From a virus (Duplodnaviria > Caudoviricetes): a DNA stretch of 64,000 nucleotides. The notes beneath the pieces were generated by a model, which made no database searches, was not told where the DNA came from, and was given only the letters and a program-made list of their open reading frames with translations. How positions within the stretch are numbered: the first letter of the stretch is position 1; each line of letters starts with the position of its first letter. Positions 46,579-53,658 of this stretch are shown here, piece after piece. A program made the position numbers and the translations under genes. The DNA is taken from IMG/VR virus record IMGVR_UViG_3300012007_000009, positions 32,001-96,000 of that record, one strand, 5' to 3'.

Positions 46579-47916
46579 CTACTCGGAATCCATTTCTGAC
46601 TCGGCCTGCAGCCCGAGGGCCTCGGCTTGCTGCGCGGCCTTCTTGATGAGCTTGCTGTTGATTTCGGCATCCGCCGTATCGAGCAATGACTCGTCGAGAC
46701 CGGACAGTTCCTCCTCCGTGGCGTTCTCCGCGTTGTCGTCGCCGAACACGCCGAGCTTCTGGTTCTTGTACTTGGCCTTCACGTAATCGTTGATTGGGTC
46801 GAGAATGGTGCCGATGTACTTGGCCGAATGCAGCTTCGGCTCCGGGGCGACAATCCATTCCGTCCTGGGCTTGCGCGGGTCGCAGATGACCCATTTCTTT
46901 CCCATAAAGGTCTTGCCCGACTCATCCTTGGGGAGCTCCAACCCCGGCCAGTCGGCCTGTTTCGTGTATGGTACAATAAGTCCGGCTTCCTCTGCCCAAA
47001 CGTGAAGCCCGTAATAACGGCTGAGGCCGTTCTTGTAGCTGAGGTAAAGACGGGTACCGAACCCCTCGTGCACCATCCTGTTCTTGATATTGCCAACCTG
47101 GATGAATATGCCCTGCACTTCCTTTGCCTTCTTCCCATCCCTCTGGATGTCGACTCGCTCGAGAAGCTTGTACACAGACAATATGACCGAAGCGGAATAC
47201 TTGGCACCTTCACCGCCGGCGACCTTCTTCGTCTCGGTATGGGTCACCGCCGCGTTGGGGTCGATATACATGTGGTTGGTCACGTACATGGGGGCACCGA
47301 GTTCACCGAGGCGGAAAGTGATATCCCTGTACATGGCGGACAGCTTCTTGGCCTTTGTGAGGTCCGTCTTGTCCTCGTTGGCAAGGACGTCGTTGATGTT
47401 CTTGTTGGTGGAGAGCATACCCTGGGAATCGAGCACGAACGCAACCTTGTTCGGGTTGATTAGGGTCTTGTTCTTCTCCATGTAATCCTCGAGCTGCTTG
47501 AGGATTGTGGATATACCGTGATGACAGTCCTCCACCGTGTGGAAGTGAAGCACCTTGAACTGTCTTGCCGGGAAGGAAGCGTAGTTGCTCAGGTCCTCCC
47601 TGGTCGTCTCGTTCTCCGTATCGATATAGTAGATGAAGTAGTTGTCGGCGAACAGCGGGGGACAGAAGTTGTACTTGCCGAGCAGGGACTTGCCTGAGCC
47701 CTGGAGACCGGCGGCCTGAACCACCTTGTTCTTTGGGAAACCACCGTAACAGTCGCCGCACAGGACTGCGTTCAATGCATAGCTTCCGCTGTCGGCAAAT
47801 CCGTATGTCGGGCGGTCGACCCCCGCATCGACGAACTTGTCCGTTGTGACCACCGTGTCGAAGAACGCCCACGGGTTCTCCGCAAGGGCGTCCGCACCTT
47901 TCTTCTTGCTAGCCAT
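46579..47916 (-). CDS. uvsX: RecA-like recombinase UvsX
   Basis: DSGSYALNA, GLQGSGKS, YIDTE, VLDSQG, VTNH, GG.G..YSAS, KNR. Confidence 0.92.
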   Translation of the reverse strand: MASKKKGADALAENPWAFFDTVVTTDKFVDAGVDRPTYGFADSGSYALNAVLCGDCYGGFPKNKVVQAAGLQGSGKSLLGKYNFCPPLFADNYFIYYIDTENETTREDLSNYASFPARQFKVLHFHTVEDCHHGISTILKQLEDYMEKNKTLINPNKVAFVLDSQGMLSTNKNINDVLANEDKTDLTKAKKLSAMYRDITFRLGELGAPMYVTNHMYIDPNAAVTHTETKKVAGGEGAKYSASVILSVYKLLERVDIQRDGKKAKEVQGIFIQVGNIKNRMVHEGFGTRLYLSYKNGLSRYYGLHVWAEEAGLIVPYTKQADWPGLELPKDESGKTFMGKKWVICDPRKPRTEWIVAPEPKLHSAKYIGTILDPINDYVKAKYKNQKLGVFGDDNAENATEEELSGLDESLLDTADAEINSKLIKKAAQQAEALGLQAESEMDSE

Positions 47917-47939
47917 ATAGCTACCTCTTCAATAAAAAA

Positions 47940-48251
47940 TTAACCGGCCGCATTTCCCGCGGTCAGTACGCTGTAAAAGTGTGACTTCTTGTAGGTGCTA
48001 TGGTTGAAGACGCGCCCGGCCTTCTTCAGCTCCATGTACAGGCGGTACGCCGGGTTGTCGTGCAGCAGCCTGTCGGTTGGCACGCCATAAGGCGCCGGCT
48101 GCACCGGGATGTCGAAATCCCACGTGCTGACGAAACCGAATTCTATGTCGTATCCGACATATACGCCAGCTTCGTGCAGCTCCCTTGAGCTCAAACCGGT
48201 TATACGCGATATACCGGGAGCATCTCTGTATAATAAGATTGCTTCTTCCAT
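47940..48251 (-). CDS. Hypothetical protein
   Basis: 103-aa ORF with an upstream GTTATATTG promoter-like motif. Confidence 0.45.
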   Translation of the reverse strand: MEEAILLYRDAPGISRITGLSSRELHEAGVYVGYDIEFGFVSTWDFDIPVQPAPYGVPTDRLLHDNPAYRLYMELKKAGRVFNHSTYKKSHFYSVLTAGNAAG

Positions 48252-48387
48252 AGGTCCATAAAGCAATATAACTTTTGGAAAAATAAAATGCAAGTGCCTT
48301 ATGCAAATTTTTTAAATGGCTATGTCCACCCAAAGTGTTGCTAGTTTGAAAAATCGTTGAAATTAGTCCAATTTCGCCATTTTCCAC

Positions 48388-48457
48388 CCCTATGTAAACC
48401 AAACTTTACATAGGGTTTGCTATTGACATAATATGACACTCCTGTTTTGCTATATTT
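48388..48457 (+). promoter_or_regulatory. Transposase promoter region: 11-bp inverted repeat plus TGCTATATTT
   Basis: CCCTATGTAAA-n6-TTTACATAGGG (48388-48415); motif at 48448-57. Confidence 0.55.
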
Positions 48458-48477
48458 CCATTATAGAAGGAGGTCTT

Positions 48478-49533
48478 ATGTCCGAAGTAAATCTTGTTTA
48501 CCAGATGTACAACACCTTGTCCAAATCGGACAAGATGCGCTTCATGCAGATGCTCGGCATGCCTCCGCAGATGACCGAAATCATCGACTCATCCACGATG
48601 GAAGAGTTCCTTGACAAGTACCGCTTCCACAATGGCGTGTGCTGCCCGCATTGTGGTCTAGTGGATGTCAAGAAGAACGGCAAGACAAAGACAGGACACC
48701 AGCGGTTTCAATGCAAGGGTTGCGGTAAGTCATTCACCTATGCGACCCGCACCATCTTCCATGGAGCCAAGCTGCCGCTTGACACCTATCTCCGCTATGT
48801 GCATTGCATGATGCACGGTATGACGGTCAGGGCAACGGCTTATGAATGCCATATTTCCAAGAATGCATCCTTCTTCCTCCGTCACAAGATTCTGGATGCT
48901 CTGCAAGAAATGCAGTCCAAGGTGAAACTGGACGGCATCGTGGAAGCGGACGAGACCTTCTTCCGTATTTCATTCAAGGGCAACCATAGTCGGAGCCAGT
49001 TCTTCAGTATGCCCCGTGAGCCTCACATGAGAGGCGAACGCTCCAAAAAGCGTGGTATTTCATTGGAAAAGGTATGTGTGCCGTGTGCGGTCAACCGTGA
49101 CGGCAAGTCCATTGCACAGATTGCGAACTTGGGTCGTGCATCGGTGCGGAGCATTTCCAGCGTGTTCGGTGGTCGTATCTCACCGGATGCGGTTCTCTGC
49201 ACCGACAAGCACAATGCGTATGTAGGGTTTGCAGAGCGGGAAGGCATCAACCTATTGCAGTTAAAATCTACCCAGCGTGTCAGTGGCACGCTGGGTATCC
49301 AGCACATCAACGGCTATCATAGTCAGCTAAAGACATTCATGGAACGCTTCCACGGAGTTGCTACCAAGTATCTCAACAACTACTTGGTATGGCACAATCT
49401 TCGCAACTACGCCGAAGGTGATTTCAACTTCAAGGAATCCGTATGGGAACGCCATAATGCTGAAGCCATCTACGATGACTCAAAGTGGACTTATATGTTC
49501 CGTCCGCCTATTCCTTTGCCGTTGGCGGCATAA
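48478..49533 (+). CDS. IS1595-family (ISXO2-like) DDE transposase
   Basis: Zn ribbon CPHCG...CKGC, HTH, VEADETFF, LCTDK..AY, HINGYHSQLK, YLNNYL.W; SD AGGAGG. Confidence 0.92.
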   Translation: MSEVNLVYQMYNTLSKSDKMRFMQMLGMPPQMTEIIDSSTMEEFLDKYRFHNGVCCPHCGLVDVKKNGKTKTGHQRFQCKGCGKSFTYATRTIFHGAKLPLDTYLRYVHCMMHGMTVRATAYECHISKNASFFLRHKILDALQEMQSKVKLDGIVEADETFFRISFKGNHSRSQFFSMPREPHMRGERSKKRGISLEKVCVPCAVNRDGKSIAQIANLGRASVRSISSVFGGRISPDAVLCTDKHNAYVGFAEREGINLLQLKSTQRVSGTLGIQHINGYHSQLKTFMERFHGVATKYLNNYLVWHNLRNYAEGDFNFKESVWERHNAEAIYDDSKWTYMFRPPIPLPLAA

Positions 49534-49575
49534 TTCTGCCGCACTGCTATTTCATCGTCTAGTCCTTATACTAAA

Positions 49576-49893
49576 TCACCATACTGATTCGCAGTAATAT
49601 GTGAATGGATTAAGACTGATTTCTCCACGTGTGTCTTTAATTACCGTGGTATCAGACTTAATTACCTTGGTACCAGACTTATGTACCATTGCCATTTTCT
49701 GGCAATGCCATTCCACCCTATGACCTATCATGTGGTAATCGTACCAACAATCACCAACCTGTCCCTTTCCACGAAAGAAATGGTATAATGTGTCATTGGT
49801 ATTCGGATTCCAAATAGTAAACTTTTTGCAAGTTCCGTCGCCAGCGAGTGAGACTGCTACTCCGATTAGGATAGTCAACAAGACAGCTTTCAT
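49576..49893 (-). CDS. Transposon passenger: small secreted protein
   Basis: N-terminal signal peptide MKAVLLTILIGVAVSLA; four Cys. Confidence 0.55.
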   Translation of the reverse strand: MKAVLLTILIGVAVSLAGDGTCKKFTIWNPNTNDTLYHFFRGKGQVGDCWYDYHMIGHRVEWHCQKMAMVHKSGTKVIKSDTTVIKDTRGEISLNPFTYYCESVW

Positions 49894-50145
49894 TTAGTGT
49901 TCTTCTTTCACTATTCCTTCTTGATGGCGGCCCGTCGTGCTGGCCCGTCGGGCTCCCTCTTCGTCACCATACACTTCGGCCAGCTTCGCCCTGGCATTAA
50001 GGTAAGCCAGGTTGCCCATTTTCTCCATCTTCTCACCTTCCAGAGACGTACTGGTCCAATCGGTTACCGTGCATTCGTTCAGGTCCTTGTCGCCGATGTG
50101 TTCCTTTAACTTAGTGAGCTCGTCAATTATCTTGCTGAGTTTCAT
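49894..50145 (-). CDS. Transposon passenger: hypothetical protein
   Basis: SD AAGGAG; 'MKLSKIIDELTKLKEHIGD' is a common small phage-protein opening. Confidence 0.55.
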   Translation of the reverse strand: MKLSKIIDELTKLKEHIGDKDLNECTVTDWTSTSLEGEKMEKMGNLAYLNARAKLAEVYGDEEGARRASTTGRHQEGIVKEEH

Positions 50146-50205
50146 TAGGTTTCTCCTTTGTTATGGTATACGGTTTCTTATATTGCGTACATAATCTTGC
50201 ACATG

Positions 50206-50634
50206 TTATCCTATAATTTCAGTCCACGCAATAACCTTGTTGTAACAATCACCCTCTTTTGGACGGTAGCCGTAAAAAATGCCGTTATCACCACACAAAA
50301 GCACATTATAGACAGGTGTACCAACTGGTTCGTTATTATCGCTATGGTACATTTGTACTTTACAGAGGAAAACATCCTTTTGATATTCGGCAACCTTGGG
50401 AGCATCTCCACAATCCTTGTATGGATGCCAAATCATCTTGTTGGAGTTATCTTCAAGCATACCTAAATGCTCTCTATACATCTGAAGCTGACAGAGTTTT
50501 AGGTTTCGGTTAATGCAGTCATCGGACAACACATATTCCAAATCCTTGATTTCGTTTTTAAGCCACTCAATCTTTCGCTCGGTGGTTTTTAGTCTGTTAG
50601 CATTCATATCTAGTTGATTGGTTTCCGTAGTCAT
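50206..50634 (-). CDS. Transposon passenger: hypothetical protein (DUF551-like C-terminus)
   Basis: WHP.....P...VIAW ending; SD GAGG. Confidence 0.55.
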   Translation of the reverse strand: MTTETNQLDMNANRLKTTERKIEWLKNEIKDLEYVLSDDCINRNLKLCQLQMYREHLGMLEDNSNKMIWHPYKDCGDAPKVAEYQKDVFLCKVQMYHSDNNEPVGTPVYNVLLCGDNGIFYGYRPKEGDCYNKVIAWTEIIG

Positions 50635-50674
50635 AGCTTTACCTCACTTGTTAAACTACCTGTTAAATTATATT

Positions 50675-51034
50675 TTATACCTTGCTTGCGGCAATATCGC
50701 CAGCAAATTCTGTAGGGAATAGTCGATACATAATGTATTCCTTCAGCACTGGTTGATTGTCAATTAGCTCATATACCGAATTGATATGATGCAGTGCATC
50801 AGTTACATTCTTGGCTATGCCGTCCAGATGGTTTGCGCCCAACCGCTTAGGCAGAATACCGTACACATTGATATAAAGGTCACCGCCATCTTTCACCGTT
50901 ATCAAGTGTTCCTGACCGGAATATGTAATCCGCACCTCCTTTGAGTCTGGTGCAACGGAAATGCATTCGGCCTTGCCAAGGTCAAAAGATTCACGCTTGA
51001 TTCCATATACCCTCACGAGCTTTGCAGTAATCAT
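50675..51034 (-). CDS. Transposon passenger: hypothetical protein
   Basis: SD GGAGG; operon packing. Confidence 0.55.
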   Translation of the reverse strand: MITAKLVRVYGIKRESFDLGKAECISVAPDSKEVRITYSGQEHLITVKDGGDLYINVYGILPKRLGANHLDGIAKNVTDALHHINSVYELIDNQPVLKEYIMYRLFPTEFAGDIAASKV

Positions 51035-51036
51035 TG

Positions 51037-51729
51037 TTACCTCCATAACGCTTCAATCCGTTCCTTTACATCCGTCCACTTATCAGATATAGCAAGATAG
51101 TCCTTATTTTTCTCCGTAGCCAAATCATTATGATGCTGCAATCTTGCCATAGCACCATAGTAATTTTCAGCATACGTGGCTATTTGACGGGTTTTCCGCA
51201 GGCTATCTTGTTTCATATTCCGTAATTGTTCATCTTGACACCTTATTACTTGCTTGTATGCCTCGGTATCGTGAAAAAGGGAGTCACGTTCCGAAATGAG
51301 CCGGGCATTTTCTTCCTTCAATGCGGTAATTTCGGTATCTTTATTTGTCTTCAGTATATCCATAGCCACCAACTCGCCCTGCTTCTCTGTCAACGATGCT
51401 TCGAGTTGTTCAACTTTGTGTTCCAGATAGGCTATATACTTCTCTTGCGGTACTGGATGCTCCGTATCATACAGGTCAACAAATTGGTTGGCACCAAGCC
51501 ACGGGCTCTCGCTCGTTCCATCCAGTACGATTGCATCTACGGTCTCTTCGTGAGGATGCAGAATATATCCTTCACCATAGGGCTCAATCGTACACACGTT
51601 TACCCCAAGATGTAGGTCGTCAACGGACAACTTGTTATCCGTCAATGTGAAGGTGTACCTATCGTTATACCCTTCTTCGAACGCTAGCCGTAAGCTAGAT
51701 TCAATAGCGTCTAATGACCATTCCATCAC
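51037..51729 (-). CDS. Transposon passenger: coiled-coil protein
   Basis: Heptad-rich C-terminal half; coupled to the upstream ORF. Confidence 0.6.
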   Translation of the reverse strand: MMEWSLDAIESSLRLAFEEGYNDRYTFTLTDNKLSVDDLHLGVNVCTIEPYGEGYILHPHEETVDAIVLDGTSESPWLGANQFVDLYDTEHPVPQEKYIAYLEHKVEQLEASLTEKQGELVAMDILKTNKDTEITALKEENARLISERDSLFHDTEAYKQVIRCQDEQLRNMKQDSLRKTRQIATYAENYYGAMARLQHHNDLATEKNKDYLAISDKWTDVKERIEALWR

Positions 51730-51935
51730 GTTGACTCCACTTTTATCGTTCCGTTGAACCCCATCTCACGGATGTCTTTTTCAAGTTGATTTGCAGACAT
51801 CCAGAAGTTTCTTGTATAGCCACGACCGAGGACATAGGCGTAGAAACGGTCACAGTCTTTTGCAATATGAATTTCGTCATCATACTTTTGTGCGTTTTCA
51901 ATCACTTCAATCAGTAGAATCGGTTGCGTCATCAT
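51726..51935 (-). CDS. Transposon passenger: small hypothetical protein
   Basis: SD GAGG; overlaps the next start. Confidence 0.5.
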   Translation of the reverse strand: MMTQPILLIEVIENAQKYDDEIHIAKDCDRFYAYVLGRGYTRNFWMSANQLEKDIREMGFNGTIKVEST

Positions 51936-51988
51936 CTTTTAATCCTCTTTTATATCCGTTCGTTTATCCTCAAACTCGGTCCCGGTTC

Positions 51989-52594
51989 CTACGCAATGTT
52001 TACTGTGAGCGATGCCATAGTCTCATTAGAACGAGGGTCAACATAGGCAACAACTGCCGTCTTCGTTCCGTTGAGGTTAGCATCACGCACAACCTTGATG
52101 ACTCCGTTTATAATACCGCACCTATCCTCCGCATCGCTCGATGCGAACCAGTCCTGACAAGGAAGCGTCTTCAACTCTTCCTCGGTGTCTGTACCGATGT
52201 AGACAACGTTGCCACAATACTTACACTGCTTTTGAAGCTCGGAGGAAGCGTAGCCCAACTTATACACCACATACAAGGGATGGTTCTCCTTACACACGCA
52301 AGGCACAATTTTGTCAAACTTCGCATCAAAATTATCGTCGGTAGGGTTAGCTGTCGTTTTCGGTGAATATCCCCACATTCCGTTCTCTTCGCACTCTTCG
52401 TATCCCAACTTCTTCAGGATATACTCGCAACCGGCGGTGAACACATCGGGTACTTCTACCGCCAGATGCTCCATTCCGTCACTGCCTTCCACCAGACACT
52501 CTTCCTCACGGAGAATACGCTGGATTTCCTGGCGGCTCGGAATGAAATTGTCATCAAGTTCAGTTGGAAATTGCGGATTGAATGAGTCACTCAT
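51989..52594 (-). CDS. Transposon passenger: hypothetical acidic Cys-containing protein
   Basis: SD AAGGAG before ATG 52594; downstream of the TGCTATATTTG promoter at 52647-56. Confidence 0.6.
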   Translation of the reverse strand: MSDSFNPQFPTELDDNFIPSRQEIQRILREEECLVEGSDGMEHLAVEVPDVFTAGCEYILKKLGYEECEENGMWGYSPKTTANPTDDNFDAKFDKIVPCVCKENHPLYVVYKLGYASSELQKQCKYCGNVVYIGTDTEEELKTLPCQDWFASSDAEDRCGIINGVIKVVRDANLNGTKTAVVAYVDPRSNETMASLTVNIA

Positions 52595-52743
52595 AGTTAT
52601 CTCCTTATCTAATTTACTCACCCAATAAACTACATTTTTTCAATACAAATATAGCAATTTATGGGGTCTGTGGGTTAAATGCTGTTTTTAGCCAATTTTG
52701 ACCATTTTTATCGGCCAGCAACACTTTGGGTGGACATAGCCTT

Positions 52744-53658
52744 TTAAATCTGCTTGCTCGAAAGCAGGTCAACCATGTTCAGCATGCTCGACCAGGTTCC
52801 ACCGACACTCATAACAGGGATTAGGAACACGTGATGTCCCTGGAACTCCACCTTGGTCCACCTGAACTTCAGGTTGTTCGGAAGTTCAAACGGGCGGTTG
52901 GCTATCAGGACGAAGGGCCTGAATGTCCTGTCCTTCTCGCGGTCTATCACGACAGCGTCATCGAACTCAACAATCGCCTGGTTTGTCTTCGGGTCGACGG
53001 ACTTCACGACGACGGACGGCCTCTTCCCGAGCTCTATGTTGACCAGGGCCGCCCCGTTCAGCCGGCTGAACATGTTCCTCCGGTCATCCCGCATGACCTG
53101 GAGGTACTCGTGCAGGTCGAGGTACCCGACCATCTGGTGCTTCACCGGACGGTTCGCCTGGTGCCATATCCCCCACATATACCTGGCGATGACGGGTTGG
53201 AACAATGCACCCTTGTCTGCGCCGAGGTTCGCCATCAAATTGTATATCCCAGGAATATCCTTCATCAGCTCTGTACATGTGGTCAACTTTCTGTCGGCCT
53301 TGTCGGAGAAAGTGTTCCTCCCGGGAATTCCCTTGAACTTCCCGGTGAATACGTACCTATCGAAATCGAACCTGGGGGAATTGAACGAGTTGAGCGCGTT
53401 GCACACGTCGGTGCCTTCCCTGCTCTTGATGGGAACCCGGTCGGGAAGCGCGTACACCTCCACGGTCTCCCCCACCATCTTCCACGCATCCAGGGTAACG
53501 CCGCAGTCGGTAGTGTACTTCGCCTTGCTTATGGTGGCGTGCGGCTCGGGTTTCCCGTGAATGTCGCACAGGCCCATGGACTCGCCGAGCACTATGTGGC
53601 CGGCGTCGATGTCCGGCATGTACACCACCTGGGTCTTCCCCATGTGCTGGAGTATCAT
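52744..53658 (-). CDS. Hypothetical protein
   Basis: 304 aa from MILQH; ATGA overlap with the gp25-like gene; its stop codon lies inside the transposon TSD. Confidence 0.6.
   Translation of the reverse strand: MILQHMGKTQVVYMPDIDAGHIVLGESMGLCDIHGKPEPHATISKAKYTTDCGVTLDAWKMVGETVEVYALPDRVPIKSREGTDVCNALNSFNSPRFDFDRYVFTGKFKGIPGRNTFSDKADRKLTTCTELMKDIPGIYNLMANLGADKGALFQPVIARYMWGIWHQANRPVKHQMVGYLDLHEYLQVMRDDRRNMFSRLNGAALVNIELGKRPSVVVKSVDPKTNQAIVEFDDAVVIDREKDRTFRPFVLIANRPFELPNNLKFRWTKVEFQGHHVFLIPVMSVGGTWSSMLNMVDLLSSKQI

Larger units (their letters stand above)
48318..52741 (+). mobile_element. IS1595-family transposon with passenger genes (4,424 bp)
   Basis: Perfect 25-bp TIR GGCTATGTCCACCCAAAGTGTTGCT (48318-42 / 52717-41); 8-bp TSD TTTTAAAT (48310-17 / 52742-49). 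Confidence 0.93.
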
